Source: an uncultured delta proteobacterium
GTDB taxonomy: Bacteria > Desulfobacterota > Desulfobacteria > Desulfobacterales > QNYZ01
Direction of reading: 5' to 3'
DNA length: 64,000 nucleotides
Assembly: GCA_963845145.1 (NCBI GenBank)
Contig: CAWJQU010000005.1
Coordinates: forward strand, 64,001 to 128,000
In this document: one piece after another, positions 1 through 8,994 of the stretch
Layout: every line of letters starts with the position of its first letter
Numbering within the stretch: the stretch's first letter is position 1
The notes under the pieces: generated by a model
Seen by the model: the letters and a program-made list of their open reading frames with translations, nothing else
Databases searched by the model: none
What the model was told of the DNA's origin: nothing
Position numbers and translations under genes: made by a program

Positions 1-1542
1 ATAAATGCCGGTACGCTGGGTTTCATAGGGAAAGCAGATAAAATTGGAATCGGCAAATCATCAAACAGATTCATTATCCCGAAATCCGGGGCCCTGGCGA
101 TAGGCCAGGTTGATCACCGGATCGTCTGTGGTCACCGGAACCATACCGGTTCCCAGCACCACCATATCGGCCTTCACCTTGATTCTTTCTCCCAGCAGCG
201 TGTTGTCCGCCTCCACAATGAGTCCACCGCCGTTTTTCGACACCCGGGTCACTTCACCTTTGGTCAGGAAAACACCCGGATCCTGCTGAATGCTTTTATA
301 GAAATTTTCCGATAATCCGGGGGTGCGCATATGCTGGTAAAATACGAACGCCTTACCGTCATCATAATCCTGGCGCACGTACTTGGCCTGTTTTAAGGCC
401 ACCATGCTGGTAACCGATCCCGCATAGGCAAAATCATTGTCATGCCCTGTCCAGGGCTCTGGACGAAAACAACACTTTTCGCCTCGGCGCCATCGGACGG
501 TCGGTTAATCCGACCTGCTTTGGCGATCTCTTCGAACTGGACATTGGTAACAACATCCGGCAACTGGCCGAAACCCAGATGGGCAAATTCATCTTCGGCA
601 GGCTCATAGGGCCGCCAACCGGCCGCCAGAATCACCGCACCAAATTTTTCGCCTGCGGGGTCAAAGGCCAGGATATCCCGTTTGCCTTCATTAAATTCCA
701 TATATTTTTCATGCAGGACGGCTACGTCAAGATCCTTGCCGTTCTCATCCACCTTCATTTCATCGGGCAACGGAAAGGGCACATCGAATTCGATTTTTTC
801 TCCCGGCGTTTTAAGGGTTACGATAAAATCACCCGGTTCGCCGGCGATGCGTGCCACAGCCGTTTCGGTACGAATGGTAATATTGGGATGGGCTTCAGCC
901 GCCGCAATCTTATCGGCCACAATAGGCTCGATAAGTCGCTCATACGGATCGGTAATGGGGAGTTGTTGGCGCCAGTCCGCCGGCTTTTCCGCCCAAATGG
1001 CCCTCTTTTTCCACGATGGTGACTTCATAACCTGTCTTGGCCGCATCCAACGCCGCTGCCATACCGGTGATTCCGCCGCCGATGACCAAAATTTTCCGAC
1101 TTAACGTTTCCATTTCATAGGGTTCCGGCAGATCAATTTTTCCAACTTTGACCATCCCCATTTTCAAATAATCCTCGGCAAGCAATTGCAGGCGATCGAA
1201 ATGGACGCCATCATCTTTCTGTTCTTCGGTCAGAGCGGGAAACTCTTCACGGGGGTGAGACCAGACGACTTGCTCGCGCAGGTTGACACGATCGACGATG
1301 CATCCATCGAACCGGAATACATCGAAATTCACCCGACGGGAACAGGCTGCGATGACAATCGCATTGGTCCCTTTGTCGCCAATATCTTTTTTTATCACGT
1401 CAACACCCGCCTGACTGCATAGAAACGGATGGGTTTGTACGGGCAGGGCCTCTTCCTCGGCAACTTCGGCCAGTGCTTTCATATCGAGCACATCGCCGAT
1501 GCCGCAGCCACTGCAGATGTAAACACCATATACCTTTTCCAT
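1..1542 (-). CDS. qmoB: Quinone-interacting membrane-bound oxidoreductase subunit B (HdrA-like flavoprotein); 3' part outside the window; reading frame broken by indels near 982, 443 and 60-70
   Basis: N-terminus MEKVYGVYICSGCGIG and FAD motif ILVIGGGITG. ORFs 940..1548, 393..1046 and 61..405 join into one HdrA-like protein that continues FADSNFICFPYETQRTGIY at the window edge. GGAGG lies 7 nt upstream of ATG 1542. Directly follows qmoA. Confidence 0.9.
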
Positions 1543-1553
1543 GGACAAACCTC

Positions 1554-2831
1554 CTACTTACCTGTGAGGGTCTGAATGGCCTTCAAGGCCATGCCCGTTG
1601 CATTCTGATTGGACGATACCACATCGGCCGGTTTGTTTGCGCAACCGGCCGCCAGCATACCCCCGCCTTTCAAATCGTTGACGACAAATCCACTCTCATT
1701 GATGGTAAGATCCGCCGGTAGCGGTGCATTGGCGGCAGTCGGCTGCATACCGGTGGCCAGGACCACCATATCTACCGTCTGATGAACTTTCTCACCGGTA
1801 ACCGCATTTTCAGCTGTTACGGTAATCTGGTTGGTACCGGGGATTTCCGCAACCGCCGCAACTTTACCTTTGATAAAAAAGACATTTTCATCCTTTTTGA
1901 TCGTATCGTAAAAACGTTCATAGCGATATCCGGGGGCACGTAAATCAATGTAGAAAATGTAAATTTTCGTATCAGGATACTGGGCACGAATGTAAGTGGC
2001 ATGCTTAAGTGACGCCATACAGCAGATATAGGAACAATAGGGAAGATGGTTTTCATCCCGTGAACCGGCGCATTGTACAAAAGCGACACTTTGGGGCGCC
2101 TGATCATCGGAAGGTCTTTTGATCACACCCTTGGTGGGGCCATTGGGCGCGGCCAGGCGCTCTAACATCATATTGGTGATGATATTTTGATGCATTCCGA
2201 ACCCGAGATTATCGATTCGACCGGCATCGTAAGGTTCCCAGCCGGTGGCCCATACCACGGCCCCGACTTTAAGATTGATCGTTTTCGGCGCCATATCCAA
2301 TTCAACCGCCTCATACTCGCAGGAGGCTTTGATTCGATCCGCATCGTCGGTACCGATCACCTGGGGCGAAATCACATACCGCGCTGGAAATGCCATCGTA
2401 AAAGGTAAATAAGCCGCTTTGGTGGTGTCCATGCCAAAATTGAATTCATTGGACACTTCCATTTCGCTTGCTTCCGTGCAGGCCCCGCAACATGTACAAT
2501 TTTCATTGACGAATCGGGGGCTTATTTTAACAGTGGCGTCGTAATCGCCGGGCCGGCCGTCGATTTTTTCTACTTCCGCCATGGTCAGGACCTGAATTCG
2601 GGGATTGTCCTTGATTCGGCGGAAATTTATCTCCAGGCCGCATGTGGGTGGGCATAGCTTGGGGAAATACTGGTTGAGCTGGGCGACCCGACCGCCCAGA
2701 TACGGATTTTTTTCCACCAGAAAGACTTCATACCCGACCTCGGCGGCTTCGATGGCCGTGGTCAGGCCGCTGATACCACCGCCCACAACCAGAATACTCT
2801 CGCTTGCAGGGGCCGTTTTCTCTGTGGTCAT
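1554..2831 (-). CDS. qmoA: Quinone-interacting membrane-bound oxidoreductase subunit A (HdrA-like)
   Basis: ILVVGGGISG FAD motif, YFPKLCPPTCG, QCAGSRD and YCSYICC motifs; 425 aa; downstream of aprA. Confidence 0.95.
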   Translation of the reverse strand: MTTEKTAPASESILVVGGGISGLTTAIEAAEVGYEVFLVEKNPYLGGRVAQLNQYFPKLCPPTCGLEINFRRIKDNPRIQVLTMAEVEKIDGRPGDYDATVKISPRFVNENCTCCGACTEASEMEVSNEFNFGMDTTKAAYLPFTMAFPARYVISPQVIGTDDADRIKASCEYEAVELDMAPKTINLKVGAVVWATGWEPYDAGRIDNLGFGMHQNIITNMMLERLAAPNGPTKGVIKRPSDDQAPQSVAFVQCAGSRDENHLPYCSYICCMASLKHATYIRAQYPDTKIYIFYIDLRAPGYRYERFYDTIKKDENVFFIKGKVAAVAEIPGTNQITVTAENAVTGEKVHQTVDMVVLATGMQPTAANAPLPADLTINESGFVVNDLKGGGMLAAGCANKPADVVSSNQNATGMALKAIQTLTGK

Positions 2832-2908
2832 GCGCTTCCTCCGTGCCGTGTGATTTTAGTAAACAGGCTGGGTTACAAATACGATTTATATCGACACCGT
2901 ATTGTACG

Positions 2909-3009
2909 GTGCTTACATGCCTAAACGGGAACATCATCTTGGTCTTCGAAAGCCCACTGAATGATGACCAGCGACTGTCGAATCTTTGCCCGTTTACGCA
3001 TGTAAGCAC
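2909..3009. repeat. 21-bp inverted repeat (one mismatch) enclosing 59 nt; candidate structured element upstream of qmoA
   Basis: GTGCTTACATGCCTAAACGGG (2909-2929) pairs with CCCGTTTACGCATGTAAGCAC (2989-3009). Confidence 0.7.
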
Positions 3010-3026
3010 AGTTGGGAAAAGCGGTT

Positions 3027-3062
3027 AACAAAAACCTCCAGGTATCTTGCGATACCTGGAGG
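3027..3062 (-). terminator. Rho-independent terminator after aprBA
   Basis: Perfect 12-bp stem CCTCCAGGTATC/GATACCTGGAGG with a 4-nt loop, followed on the minus strand by TTTTTGTT. Confidence 0.85.
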
Positions 3063-3127
3063 CAATGCGTTACCGATGAAACCGGGCGCCAAACCCATCG
3101 CGGCGATCGGCGCACGGATTCATCCGA

Positions 3128-5107
3128 TTAATCCTTGAAGATCTTCACATAATCCTTCTTGAAGACATCCCACTTAGCTTCTTTAGGATCATATTTAGAG
3201 TTGACGAAACAGAACCAGTTTTCGTCATCCGTTCCAGGATGATCGGACTGATAATAGAAGCCCGGATAACGGGTTTCCTTACGATACTGGATGTGACGCA
3301 GATGGGACTCTACCGTCCAGATACGATGGTAGATTTCCCAGGCGCGCATGAGCTCATGCAGGTCAGCAGCAGCCATTTTTTCACAGTCTTCACGCATGGT
3401 CTGGAGAAGATCCATGACAATCTCCAGGCTCTTGTTGGAAGTCTGGTAGAAAGTAGCCGTACCAGCACCATACTCATGGGTGGCTTTCATGAGGCGATAC
3501 ATCATCCCGTTGGGTTTCAGATAAAACGGGTTGATATCCGTGGCGGTGCTGTAGTCACAATGCTCCAGATAGGTCCGCACGGGTTTATAAACCATGTCGA
3601 CCAACTCGTCATTGGACTGGGCCAGGGCCGGTGAAAAATCGGCATTGTCTTTGGCATAGCGAACCATTTGCTTGACGGCCATACGACCTTCAGCATGGGA
3701 CCCGGAAGAAAATTTATGCCCGGAACAACCCACACCGTCACCAGCGGTGAAAAGACCATTGACCGTGGTCATACGATCATACACCTTACCGTTGGCAGCT
3801 TTGATTTTGTAGCTGTCCGGGACCCAATCCAGATCCGGTCCGGAAGTCCACAGACCGCAGCAACCCGAATGGGAGCCCAGCAGGTACGGCTCGGTGGGCA
3901 TAACTTCGGAGTTCTTCTTTTCCGGCTCACAATCCTGAGCACACCACAGGTTGGCCTGGCCACAGGTCATGTCAAGAAAATCTTCCCAAGCTTCGGCTTC
4001 CAGATGCTTGAGTTCTTTCTTACTCATGGTTTTACCAATATCGGCCAGAGCGGTCACGGTGTCCATCATGATGGGGCCACGGCCTTCTTTCATCTCGAAG
4101 AGCATCAGATGATTTCTGAGGCAAGTCGGGGTAATGGCGGCCGTGCCATAGGGTGCATATTTTTCAAGTTCGGCTTTGGCGGCGTCACTGCCGGCAAAGG
4201 CTTCGCCCAAGCCGTTTAAGGTCTTGGCTTTAAACAGCAGGAACCAAGCGCCAACCGGGCCATAACCATCTTTAAAACGGGCCGGGGTGAAACGGTTTTC
4301 CATCATGGAGAGTTCCGCGCCAACCTTCATACACATGGTATAGGTAGATCCGGCATTCCAGACCGGGTACCAGGCACGGCCCTTACCCTCGCCAACCGAA
4401 CGGGGCTGGTAAATATTTACCGCGCCGCCACAGGCGACCATCATGGTTTTACACTTGATAACATAAACTTTGTTCTCACGCAGGGAAAAGCCAACCGCAC
4501 CGGCAATCTGATTTTCATTATTGGCGTCGAGAAGCAACTCAACGATGAAACAACGCTCAATGATGTTTTCCTCACCGATGGCCAGCTTGGCAGCTTCGGC
4601 TACGATCCGTTTGTAGGATTCGCCGTTGATCATGATCTGCCATTTACCGGTCCGTACGGGCTGGGCACCACTTTTCAGGGTTCCCATTGTCTGGCCTTTA
4701 TTACCGTCGAGATTTTTTCCGTCTTCGGTTTTTTTCCAAATCGGCAGGCCCCATTCTTCGAACAGATGCACGGAGTCATCTACGTGACAGCCCAGATTGA
4801 AAATCAAGTCTTCGCGGACAATACCCATCAGGTCATTTCGGACCATACGGACATAATCTTCAGGGGAGTTGTCGCCAATATAGGTGTTGATGGCCGAGAG
4901 GCCCTGGGCCACGGCGCCGGAACGCTCCATCGCCGCTTTGTCGCACAGCAGAACGGATTGATCGTCACCCAACCATTTTTTTACCTCAAATGCCGCACCG
5001 CAGGCCGCCATTCCGCCACCTACGATGAGAACATCCACTTCACGCTCTTCCACTTCCGGATCCTTGACTGCGTTTAATTCGCCCAAGGGTTTATTCGGTA
5101 ATGCCAT
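3128..5107 (-). CDS. aprA: Dissimilatory adenylylsulfate (APS) reductase alpha subunit
   Basis: SGAVAQGLSAINTY, WQIMINGESYK, GRAWYPVWNAGS, RFKDGYGPVGAW and GHKFSSGSHAEGR motifs; 659 aa. Confidence 0.98.
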   Translation of the reverse strand: MALPNKPLGELNAVKDPEVEEREVDVLIVGGGMAACGAAFEVKKWLGDDQSVLLCDKAAMERSGAVAQGLSAINTYIGDNSPEDYVRMVRNDLMGIVREDLIFNLGCHVDDSVHLFEEWGLPIWKKTEDGKNLDGNKGQTMGTLKSGAQPVRTGKWQIMINGESYKRIVAEAAKLAIGEENIIERCFIVELLLDANNENQIAGAVGFSLRENKVYVIKCKTMMVACGGAVNIYQPRSVGEGKGRAWYPVWNAGSTYTMCMKVGAELSMMENRFTPARFKDGYGPVGAWFLLFKAKTLNGLGEAFAGSDAAKAELEKYAPYGTAAITPTCLRNHLMLFEMKEGRGPIMMDTVTALADIGKTMSKKELKHLEAEAWEDFLDMTCGQANLWCAQDCEPEKKNSEVMPTEPYLLGSHSGCCGLWTSGPDLDWVPDSYKIKAANGKVYDRMTTVNGLFTAGDGVGCSGHKFSSGSHAEGRMAVKQMVRYAKDNADFSPALAQSNDELVDMVYKPVRTYLEHCDYSTATDINPFYLKPNGMMYRLMKATHEYGAGTATFYQTSNKSLEIVMDLLQTMREDCEKMAAADLHELMRAWEIYHRIWTVESHLRHIQYRKETRYPGFYYQSDHPGTDDENWFCFVNSKYDPKEAKWDVFKKDYVKIFKD

Positions 5108-5170
5108 ATTATCTCCCTCCTTAGGAAACAGTAACTATGATGTATTCGTATTAACTGATTTTTTGATTAC

Positions 5171-5614
5171 CTAAGCCATCTGCGCGGGATCAGGTTGGCG
5201 TAACTGGGCGCCGTCAGCTTCTTCGGTCGCCAGCAGATCGCTCTCGATATCCTGGCCCTTCAAACCGGTGTAAGCGTTGGCTTGACCTTCAGGGGTCGTC
5301 CGGATGGGGAACTTGAAGCGTTTGATAAGGCCGTTTCTGAACTTACAGGTCCACATCACATCTTCGGTACCCAGCATCGGCATAATGCTGCTTCCTAGGG
5401 GAACAAAGTCGGCATAACCACGAACTTCAATGGCCTGGGTCGGGCAGATCTTTACACAAGAAAAGCATTCCCAGCATTGATCAGGTTCCTGGTTGTAAGC
5501 TTTCATTTCGTTGGGCTCTAAAACCATCAAGTCGTTGGGACAAATGTACATACAGGCAGTCTTGTCCCCGCCCTTGCAACCGTCACATTTTTCTGTAATG
5601 ACAAAACTTGGCAT
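5171..5614 (-). CDS. aprB: APS reductase beta subunit (2x[4Fe-4S])
   Basis: MPSFVITEKCDGCKGGDKTACMYICP...CWECFSCVKICP...RFKFPIRTTPEG; GAGGAGG RBS. Confidence 0.98.
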   Translation of the reverse strand: MPSFVITEKCDGCKGGDKTACMYICPNDLMVLEPNEMKAYNQEPDQCWECFSCVKICPTQAIEVRGYADFVPLGSSIMPMLGTEDVMWTCKFRNGLIKRFKFPIRTTPEGQANAYTGLKGQDIESDLLATEEADGAQLRQPDPAQMA

Positions 5615-5866
5615 TAATAATCCTCCTCGTGGATACTTGCATTTAAAAATTAAGGTTCCAACAATTCCAAATTACCAAAAAAGTTTCTCTCGGTTTATCC
5701 TCACACCCCCCTTCTATAAAACCAAATTAGTTTAAAATTCGTTAATTATTAAAAGGCTTACGGTTAAACCTGCGGCAAACTGCAATGAATCTATTTGCCA
5801 TCATAGCAATCTATTCTTATAAATATGGCCATCGCCCGAAATCGAGTTCAATCGGGCTCAATCTGT

Positions 5867-5882
5867 TACCAATATTTAGTGT
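5867..5882. promoter_or_regulatory. NrdR-box-like motif 1 in the aprB/ykgJ divergent region
   Basis: TACCAATATTTAGTGT resembles the NrdR consensus acaCwAtATaTwGtgt. Confidence 0.4.
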
Positions 5883-5915
5883 AAATCCAAGTGGATACGC
5901 TTGTGCCAAGGATTT

Positions 5916-5944
5916 TAAATATCATCCACAAGAACCCTTGTCAA
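5916..5944 (-). promoter_or_regulatory. Candidate sigma70 promoter for aprBA
   Basis: Minus strand TTGACA-N17-TATTTA; perfect -35, imperfect -10. Confidence 0.4.
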
Positions 5945-5991
5945 GCGGTTTTTCAGATGTACTGACAGGACCCCCTCGCCCTGACCGGCAC

Positions 5992-6037
5992 CCCCAATAT
6001 CTAGTAAAAAAACCAGCAATGAAACCATATTTAGTGT
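5992..6037. promoter_or_regulatory. Tandem pair of NrdR-box-like motifs
   Basis: CCCCAATATCTAGTAA (5992-6007) and AAACCATATTTAGTGT (6022-6037), 30 bp apart start to start across an A7 run. Confidence 0.4.
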
Positions 6038-6239
6038 TTACCGGTCCAACCGATCCAATGATCACAACAGAACGCCTTGCTGTGAAAAAAATCATCACAT
6101 TTAGGTCCCATCAAGACCGCTTTAAAAAAAGCGGGTTGACAATCGAAAACGGATCAAGGCAAGGTCAATTTTAGAGAAGATATGGTGCCTCATTGCCGAT
6201 GATTCTCAAGCATAAACGCCGCCCACATGGAAAACACAA

Positions 6240-6953
6240 ATGACCCCTATAACCGAAAAAGATACGTTCCGTTTTAATTGCACGCCCGATGTCGCGTGTT
6301 TCAACGAATGTTGCCGAAATTTGAATCAGTTTCTGTTTCCTTATGATGTTGTGAGACTGCGCAATCATTTCAGGGTATCGTCACGTCGTTTTTTGGAACG
6401 GTATACATCTTGCCACACCGGCCCGGAAACCGGGCTTCCAGTGGTCACTCTGCGCCCCAATGAAGATGCGGCGCAAACCTGTCCTTTCGTTTCCGAAGCG
6501 GGTTGCCGTGTGTATGCCGATCGTCCCGCGTCGTGCCGAATTTATCCCCTGGCACGCGCCATCGTGCGCAACCGCCAAACCGGCCAAATGCGTGAACATT
6601 TTGCGCTGCTTAAAGAGCCTCACTGTCGCGGGCATGAAGAACCTCAGGAACAGACGGCGGCGCAATGGATGACAGCCCAAGACCTGGCCGTGTATAACCG
6701 TACCAATGACCAAATGATGGCATTGATCAGTCTAAAAAACCGGCTTCACCCCGAACCTTTGGACTTGGTGACCACGCGAATGGTTTATACGGCTTGCTAT
6801 GACCACGATACATTCAGGGACCGGATCTTAAACGATGGATGGGGTGATGGCCCAAAACCGGATGCTGAAACCCGAACGCGATTGGCCACGGATGACCTCT
6901 TTTTATTAGATTTCGGGCTGGATTGGGCAAAAAAGTTAATCACTGACGAATAA
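6240..6953 (+). CDS. YkgJ/UPF0153 family cysteine-cluster (CxxCxxCC) protein
   Basis: FRFNC...CFNECC, CPFV...GCRVYADRPASCRIYP, EPHCRG. Confidence 0.85.
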   Translation: MTPITEKDTFRFNCTPDVACFNECCRNLNQFLFPYDVVRLRNHFRVSSRRFLERYTSCHTGPETGLPVVTLRPNEDAAQTCPFVSEAGCRVYADRPASCRIYPLARAIVRNRQTGQMREHFALLKEPHCRGHEEPQEQTAAQWMTAQDLAVYNRTNDQMMALISLKNRLHPEPLDLVTTRMVYTACYDHDTFRDRILNDGWGDGPKPDAETRTRLATDDLFLLDFGLDWAKKLITDE

Positions 6954-6970
6954 CACAGGAGTACACCAAT

Positions 6971-7783
6971 ATGCCTGAAGAACGCGTGGCCCTGGTCTTA
7001 GGCGCCATTAAAGGTATCGGGAAAGCTATCGCACTGGATCTGGCGCGATCCGGTATTCGTGTGGTCTTGACATATTACGATTGGCAGGAGCATCTCGAAG
7101 CGCTTGAACGAGACCTTGCCGCTACCGGTACGTCACACCAATTAGTGGAAATTGATCTTCTCGAAACAGAACGAATCGAAGCCCTCATTGAACACATTAT
7201 CAACCGCTTTGGCAGGCTTGATATTCTGATCAACAATATTGAACGCGGCGGATGGCCTGTTGTCCACGGCAAGTACATTCAGGAACAATGGGATCTGGAA
7301 ATGGCCACGACCCTGCGGTCGAAGTGGTGGGTATTCAACACCGCCCTGCCCCACCTTAAGGCGTCCGGCAACGGTGCGGTAATCAATATATCTTCCATTG
7401 CCGGTATCGTCGGACGCTCGGGACCGGCCGCTTACGTGTTTAACGACGGCTACGCGGCCGCCAATCGAGGGATCGGACAATTCACCGAAACCTGGGCACG
7501 CCTGGGCGCACCCGAGGTCCGCGTTAATGAACTCATGCTGGGCCTTTTTGAAAGCCGCCATGCCGAAAAAACCCGGGGATGGGGCCTTTTAAGCGACCGG
7601 CAAAAGGAGGCCCTCATCGATCATACCTTACTTGGACGCTCCGGCCGCATCAAGGATGTGGTCGAGGCGGTGCGCTTCCTTTTATTCCAAGCGCCGTTTA
7701 TGACCGGCGGACTTCTGCGCCTCGACGGCGGCTATGTGCTGGGGGGTGAAAAGGTTGCGCCCATGCCACCAGGAGTGGTATGA
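6971..7783 (+). CDS. Short-chain dehydrogenase/reductase (atypical motifs)
   Basis: GAIKGIG nucleotide-binding motif, RLDILINN, INISSIAG, YAAAN in place of YxxxK, C-terminal MTG..LRLDGG. Confidence 0.85.
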   Translation: MPEERVALVLGAIKGIGKAIALDLARSGIRVVLTYYDWQEHLEALERDLAATGTSHQLVEIDLLETERIEALIEHIINRFGRLDILINNIERGGWPVVHGKYIQEQWDLEMATTLRSKWWVFNTALPHLKASGNGAVINISSIAGIVGRSGPAAYVFNDGYAAANRGIGQFTETWARLGAPEVRVNELMLGLFESRHAEKTRGWGLLSDRQKEALIDHTLLGRSGRIKDVVEAVRFLLFQAPFMTGGLLRLDGGYVLGGEKVAPMPPGVV

Positions 7784-7851
7784 AACAGACTCATTTCATC
7801 TTTTCACTCCCATTTTAACACGTCTTTAAACCACAAAAAGGAGGATTGGCT

Positions 7852-8865
7852 ATGATTGGATTCAAATTTGATAAAAGGTGGGGAACGGTTTATCTACTTA
7901 CGGCATTAATGGCCGCTACCCTGATTTTGGCCGGAGGCGCCTTCCAGCCTGCAATCTCAGCTGACACGATCAAGGTCGCCGCCGTGTTTGAAACGCCCAT
8001 CGAAGAGCCCTGGGTGAACCAGATCCATGTGGCGCTGCTCAAGGCCAAGAAAGAGATGGGGATCGAGTACACCTGGTCGGAAAGCGTCAAATCGGCGGAT
8101 TTTGCCAGGGTCATGCGGGAATACGCCGAAAAAGGCTATCAGCTCATTACGGGCGACTCCTTCGGCGCAGAGCGCATCGCCCGCCGGGTGGCCCGCGATT
8201 ATCCCAAAACCGCTTTTGTTTTCGGCTCCGGCATCGGTCCGGCCGAACCCAATTTTGGGGTATTCGACAATTGGATTCATGAACCGGCCTATCTCTCCGG
8301 AATGATCGCCGGGAAAATGACAAAATCCAATATTATCGGCGTGGTGGCTGCCATGCCGATTCCCGAAGTGAACCGCCTCTCCAACGCCTTCTACGCCGGC
8401 GCCAAGGAAGTCAACCCCCAGGTCGTGTGTAAATTCTCGTTCATCGGTTCCTTTTTCGATCCGCCCAAAGCCAAAGAGGCAGCCCTGGCCCAGATTGAAG
8501 CCGGTGCCGATGTGTTGTACGCGGAACGCTTCGGCGTCATTGAAGCCTGTGTCGAAAAAAAGGTCCTGGCCATTTCCAACATGTCCGATCAGTCCGAATT
8601 GGGTCCTGAGACCGTGATTACCGGACCGGTATGGGATATGTGGCCCACGATCAAGTACGCCATCAGCCTGGTCCAGGCCGGCGTGTTTACCGCCCAGGAT
8701 TTCGGCGGGTTTTCCTACATGTCCAAAGGCGGCTCCTATCTGGCCCCCTACAACAAATGGGAATCCAAACTCCCCGATGATGTAAAAATGATGGTGGAAA
8801 AGCGAAAAAAAGAAATTTTAGACGGCACCTTCCGCGTGGATATCGACGAATCCATGCCCAAATAA
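7852..8865 (+). CDS. BMP family nucleoside/nucleobase ABC transporter substrate-binding protein
   Basis: Signal peptide; YLSGMIAGKMTKSNIIG and SFFDPPKAKEAALAQIEAGADV; AGGAGG RBS before ATG 7852. Confidence 0.9.
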   Translation: MIGFKFDKRWGTVYLLTALMAATLILAGGAFQPAISADTIKVAAVFETPIEEPWVNQIHVALLKAKKEMGIEYTWSESVKSADFARVMREYAEKGYQLITGDSFGAERIARRVARDYPKTAFVFGSGIGPAEPNFGVFDNWIHEPAYLSGMIAGKMTKSNIIGVVAAMPIPEVNRLSNAFYAGAKEVNPQVVCKFSFIGSFFDPPKAKEAALAQIEAGADVLYAERFGVIEACVEKKVLAISNMSDQSELGPETVITGPVWDMWPTIKYAISLVQAGVFTAQDFGGFSYMSKGGSYLAPYNKWESKLPDDVKMMVEKRKKEILDGTFRVDIDESMPK

Positions 8866-8894
8866 CACAGCGCACCGTTAAGCTTAATCGAATA

Positions 8895-8916
8895 GGGGCG
8901 GCGCACCAGCCGCCCC
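8895..8916 (+). other. GC-rich hairpin between the binding-protein and ATPase genes (possible mRNA stability element or attenuator)
   Basis: GGGGCGGC-GCACCA-GCCGCCCC; no U-tract follows on the plus strand. Confidence 0.5.
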
Positions 8917-8994
8917 AACCAAACAAACTCAAAAAAAAACCTGAACACCGCAAACGCTATTATCTCTACCAACGCAATTAACCCAATAAACCCT

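Noticed and set aside
58..63. In-frame TGA TGA in qmoB as selenocysteine or read-through
   Set aside because: Better explained by a +1/-1 indel pair turning a D-L-F-D-x-F-like stretch into E-S-V-stop-stop-F; not in a Cys motif
5891..5930. DnaA boxes / oriC
   Set aside because: Only one or two mismatched 9-mers, no box cluster, and no dnaA/dnaN/gidA context
5785..6174. 129-aa ORF in the aprB upstream region
   Set aside because: No recognisable motif or RBS; overlaps promoter-like signals
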